Source: Candidatus Bathyarchaeota archaeon
GTDB lineage: Archaea > Thermoproteota > Bathyarchaeia > Bathyarchaeales > Bathycorpusculaceae
DNA length: 48,348 bases
Direction of reading: 5' to 3'
Assembly: GCA_963806535.1 (NCBI GenBank)
Contig: CAWDYC010000002.1
Location: forward strand, 1 to 48,348
Made by a program: the position numbers and the translations under genes. Numbering within the stretch: the first letter of the stretch is position 1; every line of letters begins with the position of its first letter. Shown here piece by piece: positions 21,873-33,028 of this stretch. Under the pieces are notes generated by a model. That model was not told the DNA's origin and ran no database searches. It worked only from the letters and a program-made list of their open reading frames with translations.

Positions 21873-22370
21873 CTACCAAGGATGTCTCTTTAACTTCAGC
21901 TTGTAAGCTAAGAAATTTGTAAAAAGGTGAATTGGTGGGGTTATCAACAAAACGGTAACTGCCAATTGCCAGTAAACAATCATAAGCGGAATAGCAAACA
22001 CTAATGCGCCTACAACAAAATCAATTTGGTCAACGACTGGAAGTAACCCTCCTGGGGCAATCCCGATTCTTCTTTTCAAAAAAGCACCCGTTAAATCACC
22101 CAAAAGTGCCCCCAAAGGTGTTAAGACGATGAATAATACAGGGAACCCTGGAAAGACCACGTACTCAATTGAGCCAACAATCATTCCGATTGCCAATCCG
22201 AAAAAGAAGCCCCTGAACGTCTTATTGTTTCCAAAAATCCGCTTGCGATCGACAAAATTCTTTCCGAAGTCCATTTTTGCTCCTCCTCCAGCAAGAACTG
22301 GTGTGGCGTTAGCACAATAAGCTGGAAAAATAAACTTCAATGCTTCAATGATTAGAAGAGCTATGTCCAT
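21873..22370 (-). CDS. carS: CDP-archaeol synthase
   Basis: PAYCANATP, DFGK..D.KRIFG.NKTFRG, GDL.GAFLKRR, DQIDF, KRHPW. Confidence 0.92.
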   Translation of the reverse strand: MDIALLIIEALKFIFPAYCANATPVLAGGGAKMDFGKNFVDRKRIFGNNKTFRGFFFGLAIGMIVGSIEYVVFPGFPVLFIVLTPLGALLGDLTGAFLKRRIGIAPGGLLPVVDQIDFVVGALVFAIPLMIVYWQLAVTVLLITPPIHLFTNFLAYKLKLKRHPW

Positions 22371-22383
22371 GCAGCGTCAACCA

Positions 22384-23082
22384 TTAACCTTGGAATTCAG
22401 CGTCTACTATTCCTCTTTCCAGTATTTGTACATAACAGGTGATTTCTTGATCGTTTTCCCGTGATTTTTCTAGAACGGCTTTTATGGATTGAGGGAAATC
22501 TGTTGGTTTGAGAGCGATAATGTTGTCAGACCAAAACTTCAAAACCCTGGTAGCTACAGGTCTAACGCTACCATCTGATTGGTCAAGAACACTTCTAACT
22601 TGACTCGTTATTATTACTGGGATTTTTCTAATTTTAACAGTTTGAGCTAAAATTGCTAATTGTCTATTTAGCTCGCGGTTTACACTAAAGGCCTTCCCTG
22701 AAGTCTCACATACCTTGGCTCCATACAATGAAGTGAACGTATCAATTACTATTAATCCAAAATTCTTCACAGTATACTCTTGAAGGCGATCTATAACTGC
22801 AGTTTGCTCTTTGAAATCTTTTGGCTTAACTAAAATAATTTGTTCAGCAATCTGATCGAATTTTTCTCCAGAAAGCTGTGAAAGTCTTTTAGTTGAAAAT
22901 GTGTTATCGCAGTCAACAAAGAGCGTTTTATAATTCTGTAATCCACAGCTAACTGCGGATTGTATGGCAAGTGTTGTTTTTCCAGTTTCAGGCTCACCAT
23001 AGATTAAACTGACGCTATCTGGTGAAAACCCTCCGCAAAGGTTGTTATCGATGCATCTGCAGCCAGTGCTTATCTTAATCAA
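22384..23082 (-). CDS. radB: RadB-like RecA-family ATPase
   Basis: ISTGC..ID, Walker A GEPETGKT, LIVID, ITSQV; lacks the RadA N-domain. Confidence 0.8.
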   Translation of the reverse strand: MIKISTGCRCIDNNLCGGFSPDSVSLIYGEPETGKTTLAIQSAVSCGLQNYKTLFVDCDNTFSTKRLSQLSGEKFDQIAEQIILVKPKDFKEQTAVIDRLQEYTVKNFGLIVIDTFTSLYGAKVCETSGKAFSVNRELNRQLAILAQTVKIRKIPVIITSQVRSVLDQSDGSVRPVATRVLKFWSDNIIALKPTDFPQSIKAVLEKSRENDQEITCYVQILERGIVDAEFQG

Positions 23083-23159
23083 GGTTCTTCACGTCAACAT
23101 TATAAACCTGAACTAGTAATGTTTTTGCACTTAAACGTATACTATTAAGGTTTGATTTA

Positions 23160-23813
23160 GTGAAAGAAAAAGTTGCAGTGTCAACGGTAGATGGCAAAGC
23201 GTATTTTCTGATTGTTAACCAGCTTCGAGAGCGAAATATCCCCTTTGTGAGTTTGGTTCCAGGCGATTCGGTGCCTGCTAAAGTAAAAGTTGTGATAACC
23301 ACTGAAAAGGAAAAGTCTTTAATCAGCTATGAAAAAATCCTAATTTTTCCAGGCGAGGATGAATTGGATGTTTTAGTTGATGAAGTAGAGAAAACGCTTC
23401 AGGGAAAAGACGCCTACGAAAAAATAATAATTGGGGTCGATCCAGGTGAAGCAATTGGGTTGGCAGCAATCGCCGATGGAAAAGTAATTGAAGAAAGCAA
23501 CTGTTTTAGTCCAAAAGAATTGATTGATGCCATAAACAAAGCGATAAAAAATATTGATTTTTCAGTAACAAGTGTTGCTGTTAAAATCGGGAATGGTGTT
23601 CCAATCTACAAAGATTTACTTGACGCCCTAGACGATGCTCTGCCGCAAAAAGTAGATTTGATTGTAGTTAGTGAAGCAGGAACTAACAAACCATTAAAAG
23701 AGAATAAACGCAGCCGAGGAATCAGACACATTTCTTCGGCTAAAAGGATAGCAGTCAGAACAGGCAATATTTTTCCAAGGAGGAAGGCACTTGCAACAAA
23801 CAGTCGAATCTAA
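23160..23813 (+). CDS. Hypothetical protein with an RNase H-like (YqgF/RuvC-type) domain
   Basis: IIGVDPG..IGLA, KIGNG, VSEAGT, H..SA..IA. Confidence 0.6.
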   Translation: MKEKVAVSTVDGKAYFLIVNQLRERNIPFVSLVPGDSVPAKVKVVITTEKEKSLISYEKILIFPGEDELDVLVDEVEKTLQGKDAYEKIIIGVDPGEAIGLAAIADGKVIEESNCFSPKELIDAINKAIKNIDFSVTSVAVKIGNGVPIYKDLLDALDDALPQKVDLIVVSEAGTNKPLKENKRSRGIRHISSAKRIAVRTGNIFPRRKALATNSRI

Positions 23814-24882
23814 TAATACAATATTAGTTGATGGTCCAGCATCAGTGAGGCTTGTTTCTGGCAAAGTTGAAGTCTTCGGCGCGCAGATAAAGGAAATGAA
23901 AAGAGTCTTGATTCGTGAAGGAAAACGTTTGCCATTCTTTGTACGCGAGAAAGCTGTTTTAGACATTTCGTTAGGAGTTAACGCAACCCTGAATGAAGTT
24001 GCCGGCAGAAGCACGATTCCTCAATCGTGGAATAAGCCCATAGAAGCAATTTTGAGCGCCCAAAAGAAGCCATTGGTTATTTTGATTTTGGGAAGAAATG
24101 ATTCAGGAAAGTCAAGCTATTGTACATACTTAGTAAACAAACTTGTTAGCGGAAATTGTAACGTCGCTGTTTTAGATGGCGATTTAGGTCAATCAGACAT
24201 TGGCCCTTCCGGAACTGTGGGTTATGCTTTTACTTCAAAGCCGCTTACGGAATTGCAAGATTTGAAGTTGGAAAATGCTTTTTTTGTAGGCGTTACATCG
24301 CCCATAAAGGCGATCACTAAAATGATTGAAGGCTTAATTGCGATGAAGGCTCAGATTTTGGAGCGGCCAGTTGATTTTGTATTGGTTAATACTGATGGTT
24401 GGGTTACAGGTGATATTGCGGTAAAATATAAAACTGCATTAATTAAAGAATTGAAACCTGATCTCATAGTTGGCTTGCCGCAGGCTGAAGAACTTGAGAT
24501 GCTAGTCACTAACATCGAAGAAACGCCAATAATCTTGGTTGAGCCCTCTTCCTCACTTAGTCAGCGGAGTCCCGAAAAACGAAAAAGACTGCGAGAAATG
24601 ACTTATGTGAGATATCTAAAAAACGCCACTGTGCAGAATTACCCAATGAGCCATTTGATTATTGAACCAAAGAATGCTATTCCTAAACGTCAAGAGCCAG
24701 AAAAAGGACTGCTGGTTGGGCTTTACGGTTCAAAAAATAAATTCTTAGGAATAGGCATTTTGAGAGAAATTAACTCTTTGAGAAAAGCGCTGAAAGTTCA
24801 AACGTCCGTTTCAGCGACGCCTAAGAGGCTGGTTATTGGAAAAGTTGTCTTAAACACGAAATTGCAGGAAATTCAAGATTGA
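23791..24882 (+). CDS. Clp1/Grc3/Nol9 polynucleotide 5'-kinase
   Basis: GRNDSGKSS, DGDLGQSDIGP, VNTDGWV, lid motif RS.EKRKRLRE. Confidence 0.88.
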   Translation: MQQTVESNNTILVDGPASVRLVSGKVEVFGAQIKEMKRVLIREGKRLPFFVREKAVLDISLGVNATLNEVAGRSTIPQSWNKPIEAILSAQKKPLVILILGRNDSGKSSYCTYLVNKLVSGNCNVAVLDGDLGQSDIGPSGTVGYAFTSKPLTELQDLKLENAFFVGVTSPIKAITKMIEGLIAMKAQILERPVDFVLVNTDGWVTGDIAVKYKTALIKELKPDLIVGLPQAEELEMLVTNIEETPIILVEPSSSLSQRSPEKRKRLREMTYVRYLKNATVQNYPMSHLIIEPKNAIPKRQEPEKGLLVGLYGSKNKFLGIGILREINSLRKALKVQTSVSATPKRLVIGKVVLNTKLQEIQD

Positions 24883-26807
24883 TTTTTGAAGAAATCTCTA
24901 ATTTCATTGCCTAAAACATTTTTTTCGTTCGGCAACGTTTTCATTCCATTGCTTATCCATGATGGCAAGAAGTTTCTGCAGTAGCTTGTGGAGAAACGAT
25001 AGTCTAAGAATACTATGGCGCCTCGATCGTCAAGTGTTCTTATGGGTCTTCCTGCTGCTTGTGACGCCTTTTTCATGGCAGGCAAAATATAGCCGTATTC
25101 TCGTCCAAGCCCTGGAAAACATTTATCATAATATTCAATCTGCGCTTTCACTCTTGGAGTCGGCTCCGCATAAGGAACACCTACCACGATTACAGAGTTC
25201 ATTTGGTTTCCTGGAAAATCCACACCCTCCGAGGTTCTTCCTCCCTGAACGCCCAAAAAAACTGCTCCACCTTTGCCTCCGCATGCTTTAAAATCTGAAA
25301 CCATTTTCTCGTTTGCTTTAGAAGTCATTCCTCTTCTTTCATGAAAAAGCGGTTTCTGCAGAGTATTTTCTAAGCCTTCGTTGAGCAAAGAATTCAGCAC
25401 TTCAAAGGAAGCGGCGAAAATTCCCGTGTTGGTGGGCGTATTCTCTGCTACCTCGCTTATTCGTTCTATCATTGTTTGGTACATTGCTGGTGTTCTTTTT
25501 TCCATCGCTGTGGTGACGCCAAGACAAACTGCTGAAAAAACATGTTCCTTTGGAAATGGCGATGGTACAATACATCTTACAGTGTTTTGCGGCAGTTTTG
25601 TTATTCGTGCGTAAGCTTCCAGTGGCTGAAGAGTGCCAGACATTATAACATTAGCATATGTGGATGAGAAGACTGGCTCTGTGACTTTCGCAGGATCCAA
25701 AGCAACTATCTGAAGTTTTGCTGTTTTATTTTTTTCTTTATTTAGATAGCGGCTTGCAACATTAATGAAGGCGTTGTCTCCCACGGTATCCAGAAATTTG
25801 AGTAAAAACTCGCTCATTGCATGAACGTAGGAGCGCGGATTTTTTCCTTCTGCCAATAAACTTTTCTTGATAGCGCCGCCTGCCTCATGCATACTTTGGA
25901 AAAACTCTCTTGGATGAGATATGTTGCCGTGTTTTTGAATGATTTCAATAATTCGGTCAGCTGAAATTATTTCTTCTCGGTAGACACTGTCGGTTAATTT
26001 TTCAACTTCGACTCTAAAAAATTGTGCAAAAGCCTCAATGTCTTTGTTGCCAAATCTGTTAGCTTCAACTTCTGCCTGCTTCATTACAAAAAGCGATAAG
26101 GTGCTGCCTGAAATGTCAATAGCTGTCTCAGGCAAATTATGCGCTTCATCAACTATCAAAATTATTTTTTGCAGGTCCGTTTCCATGCCTTTTAGAAAAG
26201 CATTTCGAATCTGAGGATCAAAAACGTAGAGGTAGCTTAAAGCAACCACTCGAGCGTCTGATAGAGCCGATTTTACTAGTTCGTATGGGCAAATTTCTTT
26301 TTTCTTGCAGATTGATAAGATTTCAGATGCCATGTATGGGCGAACTGCAACTTGTTGTTGAAGTTGAATGTACTCGTAGGTTCGCTCATCAACATGAGTG
26401 TAGTAAGGGCATCTGCTTTTTGCCTTCAATAACTCGCAAACTTCCATCAAGGATTTTGAGTCAAAAGCGCCTCGAGCCGCAAAAACGTTAAGGCACATTT
26501 CATTGCGTCCGCGAATGGAGACTCCTGTGACTGGCTGCTGCCGATGAATGGCTTTTAACTCTTCTATTACACGGTCATGTTGTCTGTGAGTTCTTGCCAC
26601 GTAAAGTATCTTCAAGTTTTTCTCCATAGCTACAGGTATGCAAGCAGAAAGGGCTGAGATGGTTTTTCCTAAACCATTGCTTCCTTCGATGAGAATTGAA
26701 CGCCTTTCATGTACAGCGTTATAGACTGTGGAGATAAATTCGTCTTGATAGGGGCGCACGTCAGAGTAGGGAAAATACTTTGCAACAGCGGAGGGTAGCT
26801 TAATCAT
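24873..26807 (-). CDS. xpd: XPD/Rad3 Fe-S DNA helicase
   Basis: RPYQ, GLGKT, four Fe-S Cys, DEAHNL, SGTL, SEGVDF, QAAGRPIR. Confidence 0.92.
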   Translation of the reverse strand: MIKLPSAVAKYFPYSDVRPYQDEFISTVYNAVHERRSILIEGSNGLGKTISALSACIPVAMEKNLKILYVARTHRQHDRVIEELKAIHRQQPVTGVSIRGRNEMCLNVFAARGAFDSKSLMEVCELLKAKSRCPYYTHVDERTYEYIQLQQQVAVRPYMASEILSICKKKEICPYELVKSALSDARVVALSYLYVFDPQIRNAFLKGMETDLQKIILIVDEAHNLPETAIDISGSTLSLFVMKQAEVEANRFGNKDIEAFAQFFRVEVEKLTDSVYREEIISADRIIEIIQKHGNISHPREFFQSMHEAGGAIKKSLLAEGKNPRSYVHAMSEFLLKFLDTVGDNAFINVASRYLNKEKNKTAKLQIVALDPAKVTEPVFSSTYANVIMSGTLQPLEAYARITKLPQNTVRCIVPSPFPKEHVFSAVCLGVTTAMEKRTPAMYQTMIERISEVAENTPTNTGIFAASFEVLNSLLNEGLENTLQKPLFHERRGMTSKANEKMVSDFKACGGKGGAVFLGVQGGRTSEGVDFPGNQMNSVIVVGVPYAEPTPRVKAQIEYYDKCFPGLGREYGYILPAMKKASQAAGRPIRTLDDRGAIVFLDYRFSTSYCRNFLPSWISNGMKTLPNEKNVLGNEIRDFFKNQS

Positions 26808-27476
26808 TTTTTATCCCCTAAACTCTTTGATGGACAATAATTATTCACTGGGCACTCAATGCAATGCGGTCTGCCTAGCTTTGCAGTATTTTCTGCCAAG
26901 CGCAATCAAAAACAAATGAACATCCAAGTAATCTTTCTGGTCAAAAAGCTTCTGAAGACTCAAACGTACCTCTTCGTAATCGCCATTTGTAGGTGCGAAA
27001 CCAAGCCGTTTCGCCACACGATTCACGTGAGTATCAACAGGAATGGTGGGCTGGTTTGCTGAGAAAAGCAAGACAACATCTGCGGTTTTCGGGCCAATTC
27101 CAGGCAATTCCATCAACATTTTTCTTGCTTCATCTAAAGGCAAAGATAAAATCGGATCTAGCGAGCCGCCAAATTTTTCGAGAACAATTTTTGATACATT
27201 TTTTATTGTTTTGGCTTTGCTTTTGTAGAGCCCGCCAACGTGAAGACATGCCTCAATCTTGCTTGTTTCTGCACTTGATAGTGTTTGAGGTGTTATTTCG
27301 AATTGCTTCGATAGGTTTTCGAAGGCTCGCTCGGTGTTGGTGTCAGCGGTGTTTTGTGAAATAATTGTTACAATTAAGGTTTCAAATGGGTCATTTTTCG
27401 GTTTAACCAATTTGGGTGTGGCTAGGCTGTTCTTTAAAGTTTGCAAGATTGTTATAGCGTTAGTTTCAACTGTCAC
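26804..27476 (-). CDS. nth: Endonuclease III, frameshift inside the C-terminal Fe-S motif
   Basis: IISQNTAD, LPGIGPKTAD, VDTHVNR; CKARQ/PHCIECPVNNYCP completed in the shifted frame, with its stop overlapping the xpd ATG. Confidence 0.9.
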
Positions 27477-27701
27477 TTTTGCCTTCGCCCCTTTGGAAAA
27501 TATTGACAAAGTATTGATGTGCCAAGCTATAAATATCATCTATGAACAAGAAAGAGGATTTTCACGGTTTACAACGTCAAAATAAACAAAACGTTCCTGT
27601 AGCATTTGGAAATGAAGTTGTATTGGTAAGAGGAAAGGTTTTTAGTGTAGTTATTATATGAGACTGTGAAAAGTGTATAGTGGTAAAGTGAGGTTAACAT
27701 T

Positions 27702-28430
27702 ATGTCAGTGTTTGCAGCCCCAGGAGCTTATGACCGTGCAATAACAGTTTTCTCACCTGATGGAAGGCTTTTCCAAGTCGAATATGCCATGGAGTTAGTG
27801 AACCGTGGAGCCACCATTATAGGTATCCAATCTCCAGAAGGTTTAGTGCTTGGTTCAGAAGAGAACATTGAGGTTCTTGAAGAAGCAGGTTATTCATGGA
27901 AAATCTTCAGGGTAGATGACCATATTGGCGCGGCAATTGTTGGTTTAAGTTCAGACGCCAGAATACTCATTGATCAAGCAAGAATTTACGCTCAAAGTAA
28001 CAAGCTAACTTACGATGAACCCATCGATGTAGAAGTCGTAACAAAACGCATATGCGACATCCAGCAAATGTACACGCAACATGCAGGTGTAAGACCCTTC
28101 GGAGTTTCAATAATTTTCGGAGGAGTCGACAAAACAGGAACAAGAGTTTTCGGCACACATCCAAGCGGAACCTACAGAGGATACAAAGCTACAGCCTTAG
28201 GCGCAGGAAGAGAAACCGTCCTATCAATTCTAAAAGAAGAATACAACGAAAACATGACTTTGGACAAAAGCATAAAGCTCACAGTAAAATGTTTAGTAAA
28301 AGCTCTTGAAGCAAGACAGTTGCCACCGAGAATAAAGATTGCAGTGATACCTGTAGCAACCAAGAAACTGGAAATGTTAAGCGACGAAAGCGTAGAAGGC
28401 TACATTAAAGAGCTGGGTTCAAGCAAGTGA
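27702..28430 (+). CDS. psmA: Proteasome alpha subunit
   Basis: YDRAITVFSPDGRLFQVEYA, RPFGVS. Confidence 0.97.
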   Translation: MSVFAAPGAYDRAITVFSPDGRLFQVEYAMELVNRGATIIGIQSPEGLVLGSEENIEVLEEAGYSWKIFRVDDHIGAAIVGLSSDARILIDQARIYAQSNKLTYDEPIDVEVVTKRICDIQQMYTQHAGVRPFGVSIIFGGVDKTGTRVFGTHPSGTYRGYKATALGAGRETVLSILKEEYNENMTLDKSIKLTVKCLVKALEARQLPPRIKIAVIPVATKKLEMLSDESVEGYIKELGSSK

Positions 28431-28437
28431 AAACTCG

Positions 28438-29127
28438 ATGAGTGAAAAGTTCACCGTCGCACGCTTAACAAAAGAAAACGAGCATTTCGAAATTCTAGTA
28501 AAACCTCAAAAAGCCCTTGATTACCGAAATGGCAAAATCTCGGGAATCACCGAAGTTTTAGCTGCTGAAATAATTTTTTCAGATGCAAATAAAGGCACCA
28601 AAGTTTCCGAGGAAGCAATGCATAAAGCCTTCGGAACAACAGATCCCTTAAAAATTGCTGATTTGATACTGAAAAAAGGTACCCTTCAACTTACCACTGA
28701 ACAAAGACGCAAAATGGTTGAAGACAAAAGACGTCAAGTAATTGACTTTATTTCAAGACAAGCAGTTGACCCAAAAACAAATCTGCCACATCCTCCAATG
28801 CGAATCGAAAATGCAATGGAACAAATCCGCTACCCAATTGATCCTTATAAGCCAGTGGAAGAACAAGCTAAAGACATAGTGAAGTTGCTACGGCCAATTT
28901 TGCCCTTAAAGATCGAGCAAGTAACAGTTGCTGTCAAAATTCCTGCTCAATATTCTGCAAGAGCTTACGGAACAGTTAAAACTTTGGGCACTATTAAACG
29001 TGAAGAATGGCGTGGAGATGGTTCATGGTATGGCGAAATTGAATTGCCAGCTGGATCATACGCCTCGTTGCTAAACAAACTTGGCGACGCAACTAAAGGA
29101 AATGGAGAAGCAAAAATAATCTCTTAA
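28438..29127 (+). CDS. sdo1: Ribosome maturation factor SBDS/Sdo1
   Basis: FEILV, IFSDANKG, AFGTTD, PHPPMRIENAM. Confidence 0.95.
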   Translation: MSEKFTVARLTKENEHFEILVKPQKALDYRNGKISGITEVLAAEIIFSDANKGTKVSEEAMHKAFGTTDPLKIADLILKKGTLQLTTEQRRKMVEDKRRQVIDFISRQAVDPKTNLPHPPMRIENAMEQIRYPIDPYKPVEEQAKDIVKLLRPILPLKIEQVTVAVKIPAQYSARAYGTVKTLGTIKREEWRGDGSWYGEIELPAGSYASLLNKLGDATKGNGEAKIIS

Positions 29128-29151
29128 AAATAAATTTGGATGGTGAAATTT

Positions 29152-29862
29152 ATGCCAATATTCTTTGAAAAGAAACAGCTTGTAACGCCGGGAGAAATGC
29201 TTGCTGAAGGCGAATATTTACCTGGCGAAAATACATACATGGAACAGAACAAGATCTACTCCTCAAGAATTGGGCTTGTAGATACCGATAATAAAAAAGT
29301 TAACGTTGTTGCACTTCGGGCTTTTTATGTGCCAAAAATGGGTGACATCATAATCGGAACGGTCGTGGAAGTTGGATTTAACGGTTGGACCGTTGACATT
29401 AAAGCACCCTACACAGCACTCCTACGTGCATCTGACGTTTTAAGCAGACCCTTCAAGCCTCAAAACGACGAGTTATCTGCAGTTCTTAGTGCTGGCGATT
29501 TAATTGTTGCAAAAATCGCTTCCTACGACAGAGCACATGACCCTCAACTCACTGTTGGAGAGCCAGGGTTAGGAAAAATAACTCGTGGACAAATTCTTCA
29601 TGTAACCCCTACAAAGATTCCTCGCATAATCGGCAGAAAAGGCTCAATGATATCTATGATTAAACAGGAAACAGATTGCCAAATCATTTTGGGGTTAAAC
29701 GGTGTTGTCTTGGTTACTGGGAAAACAGTTGAAGAAGAAGAACTTGCCATAACGGCAATCAAAAAGATTGAGGACGAATCCCACACAAGTGGGTTAACAG
29801 ACCGCATTACACAGTTACTTAAAGAAAGTAAGGTTAAAGTGGAGGAAAATAAGAATGAATGA
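29152..29862 (+). CDS. rrp4: Exosome subunit Rrp4
   Basis: [19 protein letters not shown] domain [10 protein letters not shown]. Confidence 0.95.
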   Translation: MPIFFEKKQLVTPGEMLAEGEYLPGENTYMEQNKIYSSRIGLVDTDNKKVNVVALRAFYVPKMGDIIIGTVVEVGFNGWTVDIKAPYTALLRASDVLSRPFKPQNDELSAVLSAGDLIVAKIASYDRAHDPQLTVGEPGLGKITRGQILHVTPTKIPRIIGRKGSMISMIKQETDCQIILGLNGVVLVTGKTVEEEELAITAIKKIEDESHTSGLTDRITQLLKESKVKVEENKNE

Positions 29863-30592
29863 AAAACCAGAGAAACTAATTGATAAAAAAGGTATAAGAT
29901 TAGATGGCAGAAAAGCCGATGAACTTCGGCCCGTAAAACTTCAAGTCGGCGTTTTACCAAACGCTGATGGATCAGCCTATATTGAACATGGAAAAAACAA
30001 GATTCTTGCCGCAGCATTCGGTCCAAGAGAAATGCATCCGAAACATTTGTCTCAACCAGACAAAATGGTTCTGCGATGCCGCTATCACATGGCACCCTTT
30101 TCCGTGCAAGAACGCAAGTCACCAGCACCTTCAAGAAGAGAAGTTGAACTTTCCAAAGTCATAAAAGAATGTTTAGAACCAGCATTGTTCCTGGATCTTT
30201 ATCCGCGAACAGGCGTAGACTTATACATTGAAATACTGCAAGCTGACGGCGGAACACGATGTGCAAGCATCACTGCTGCTGCCCTAGCACTTGCTGACGC
30301 TGGAGTTCCAATGCGTGACTTAGTAGTTGGTTGTGCCGCAGGAAAAATTGACGACACCGTTGTCTTAGACCTCTATGATGCTGAAGACAAACTCGGTGCC
30401 GCTGATGTTCCAATAGCTTACATGCCCAGCATGAACGCAGTGACGTTACTTCAAATGGATGGAATACTTACACCTGACGAATTTGAGAAGGCAATGAACA
30501 TGGCAATTGATGGATGCAAAAAAATCTATGAAATGCAGAAAGAAGCATTAAAAACAAAATATATGGTTGTTAAAGAGGAGGGCGAAGAGTAA
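29855..30592 (+). CDS. rrp41: Exosome subunit Rrp41
   Basis: [31 protein letters not shown]. Confidence 0.96.
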   Translation: MNEKPEKLIDKKGIRLDGRKADELRPVKLQVGVLPNADGSAYIEHGKNKILAAAFGPREMHPKHLSQPDKMVLRCRYHMAPFSVQERKSPAPSRREVELSKVIKECLEPALFLDLYPRTGVDLYIEILQADGGTRCASITAAALALADAGVPMRDLVVGCAAGKIDDTVVLDLYDAEDKLGAADVPIAYMPSMNAVTLLQMDGILTPDEFEKAMNMAIDGCKKIYEMQKEALKTKYMVVKEEGEE

Positions 30593-31383
30593 TGTCATCA
30601 CTTGTAACACGAGTAAAACTAAAACAGATTGAAGAACTTATTGCAAAAGGAAAACGCCTAGATCAAAGAGGCTTACACGATTACAGACCAATAAAAATTG
30701 AGCAAGGATTAATTGAACGCGCTGAAGGTTCTGCAAGAGTTTTACTTGGCAAAACAGATGTTCTTTGCGGAGTAAAAGTTGAAACAGGAGAACCGTTCCC
30801 AGACACACCTAACGATGGAGTAATGACTGTTAACGCTGAACTTGTTCCGTTGGCTTCACCGAATTTTGAGCCAGGACCACCAAACGAAGACTCCGTTGAA
30901 TTAGCAAGAGTTGTTGACCGAGGAATACGTGAATCACATGCAATTGACACTGAAAAACTATGCATTGAACCAGGCAAGAAAGTCTTTGTTGTCTTTGTCG
31001 ATGTCTACGTACTAAATCACGACGGAAACCTAATTGATGCTTCCGCTTTGGCAGCCATGTCTGCTCTAATGAACACAAAGATGCCTAACTACGAAATCAA
31101 AGACGGCGAAATAAAGATGAAACAAGGATACACCCCATTACCGATGAAAAGCCACCCAGTAACAGTTACCATGGGAAAAATTGCAAATACACTAATTGTT
31201 GACCCATGGGCTGAAGAAGAGCAAGTTATGGACTCAAGAATATCAATGGCTATCAACGAAGACAACAACATTTGCGCTATTCAGAAAGGCGGCTCAGGCT
31301 ATTTCACACCACAACAGATTTTAGAGGCATCAAAGATTGCTCAAGAGAAATCTGCGGAAATACGCAAAAAACTTAATTGGTGA
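30592..31383 (+). CDS. rrp42: Exosome subunit Rrp42
   Basis: AEGSARV, PFPDTP, ELARVVDRGIRES, HDGNLIDA. Confidence 0.96.
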   Translation: MSSLVTRVKLKQIEELIAKGKRLDQRGLHDYRPIKIEQGLIERAEGSARVLLGKTDVLCGVKVETGEPFPDTPNDGVMTVNAELVPLASPNFEPGPPNEDSVELARVVDRGIRESHAIDTEKLCIEPGKKVFVVFVDVYVLNHDGNLIDASALAAMSALMNTKMPNYEIKDGEIKMKQGYTPLPMKSHPVTVTMGKIANTLIVDPWAEEEQVMDSRISMAINEDNNICAIQKGGSGYFTPQQILEASKIAQEKSAEIRKKLNW

Positions 31384-31724
31384 AAAAAGTGCCAAAAACA
31401 AAGAAAGTAGGTCCAACTCGAGGCTTCGGACCACGTTACGGTTCAACAGTTAGGAAACGCTACATAAAAGTAATCACTGAACTCAAAAGACCGCATAAAT
31501 GTCCAAACTGCGGCTTCGTACGAGTGAAACGTGAAAGCGTCGGCATCTGGAAATGCAGCAAATGCAGTTACACTTTCGCTGGCGGAGCATACACTCCAAC
31601 AACAAAACTTGGCGTTGTAGCTAGACGCGCAGCTAAAGGTTTGCCGGTAGAGGAAGCAACAAAAGAAGCGGCAAAAGCTGAAACAGAAAATATTGAACCA
31701 GTAACCGAAGAAGAAACCGAATAA
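31377..31724 (+). CDS. rpl37ae: Ribosomal protein L37Ae (eL43) with an acidic C-terminal tail
   Basis: FGPRYG..VRK, CPNC..., GIWKCSKC, AGGAY. Confidence 0.95.
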   Translation: MVKKVPKTKKVGPTRGFGPRYGSTVRKRYIKVITELKRPHKCPNCGFVRVKRESVGIWKCSKCSYTFAGGAYTPTTKLGVVARRAAKGLPVEEATKEAAKAETENIEPVTEEETE

Positions 31725-31806
31725 ACCTCTTTTCTTTAATTTCTTTTTTGTTTATTTTTAGATTTTGTTTATTACTTTGAACTTCGTTTAGCATTTGGAA
31801 TGCTTT

Positions 31807-32063
31807 ATGGCAATAAAGGCAAAGGCTACTGTGCGTTTAAAGTTCAATTCAGAAAAACAATTAACAACACTTCTTGATGCTTTAACGCCGGAAGCAAATG
31901 CGCCAGCAACAAGACGTGCTAATGTAAACTGGAAAAAGACGGTTTATTTCTCTTATTAACCGTTGAAGCTGACGATACGGTTGCTTTGCGTTCGACGTTG
32001 AATGCTTATTTGAGATGGATAAACTCAACAGTTAACATAATAGATGTGGTTGAGCACACTTAA
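31807..32063 (+). CDS. pcc1: KEOPS subunit Pcc1, frameshift near 31928 (not in the ORF track)
   Basis: Manual translation MAIKAKATVRLKF...ALTPE...RRANV/LEKDG..LTVEADDTVALRSTLNAYLRWI; expected position in the exosome superoperon. Confidence 0.85.
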
Positions 32064-32089
32064 CGTGTCGGCTAATTGACAAAGAAGTT

Positions 32090-32344
32090 TTACTTGTATT
32101 TTGCCTTAAACATTAGAATTATGAGTGCTTGAATGAAAGCTAAAGAATTAGCAAGAATTATTGCCAAATCGTTTCGGAAAACTCCATAAACAAACCATAA
32201 CAATACGCCACCGCAGTAAAGCATGAACATTCCAAAGGAGATGTCTTTGGTTGATTTTGTTTTCCAAACCTTAATTAACTGTGGAAGAAGCGCAACTGTG
32301 GTGAAAGCTGCGGCGATTAAGCCAATGATTGTAATGATATCCAT
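32090..32344 (-). CDS. SemiSWEET (PQ-loop) transporter
   Basis: TTVALLPQLIKVWKTKSTKDIS...WFVYG...IILAN. Confidence 0.9.
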   Translation of the reverse strand: MDIITIIGLIAAAFTTVALLPQLIKVWKTKSTKDISFGMFMLYCGGVLLWFVYGVFRNDLAIILANSLAFIQALIILMFKAKYK

Positions 32345-32537
32345 TATGCTCTTGCTTCTAACGTGCTACGCGAATGGTATTTACATTTCGCTAACCTTAA
32401 AGAAAATTGTCCATGTATAAGCCAGCAGTCTCGGTTGCTGATTGACGGTTGATGTTGGCATCTTGTCAAAAAGGTTTAAATAAATACTGACTTATTCCCT
32501 ATATGCTTTAACATAAAAAAACGGATGAAAACTTAGC

Positions 32538-33026
32538 ATGTCACAGGAATATCGTTACATTCTTCGTATTATGGGCACCGACGTTCAAGGTACCCTTAAG
32601 ACTTCTTACGCGGTAGCACAAATAAAAGGTGTAAGCATGAGCCTCTCAAATGCAATTTTGAAAAAGGCAGGAGTAAACCCTGACCTTCGAGTAGGCTTCT
32701 TAACAGAATCAGACATCTCAAAAATAGAAGATGTTATCCGAGATCCAGCAAAGTATAGTCTGCCAATCTGGATGTTTAACAGGCGAAAAGACTCGGAAAC
32801 TGGAAAAGACATGCATCTTTTAAGTGCTGACCTTGCTTTAAAAACAAAACAGGATATTGATGAAGCTAAAAACATTAGGTCTTGGCGAGGATACCGCCAT
32901 GCTTACAGCCTGAAAGTTCGTGGACAACATACAAAAACCACTGGACGCGCAGGCAAAGCCTTAGGAGTAAAGAAGAAGACCCTCCTGCAGAAGCCTGGTG
33001 GAGCACCCGCTGAAGGAGGCAAATAA
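32538..33026 (+). CDS. rps13: 30S ribosomal protein S13
   Basis: [22 protein letters not shown]...[13 protein letters not shown]. Confidence 0.97.
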   Translation: MSQEYRYILRIMGTDVQGTLKTSYAVAQIKGVSMSLSNAILKKAGVNPDLRVGFLTESDISKIEDVIRDPAKYSLPIWMFNRRKDSETGKDMHLLSADLALKTKQDIDEAKNIRSWRGYRHAYSLKVRGQHTKTTGRAGKALGVKKKTLLQKPGGAPAEGGK

Positions 33027-33028
33027 GC

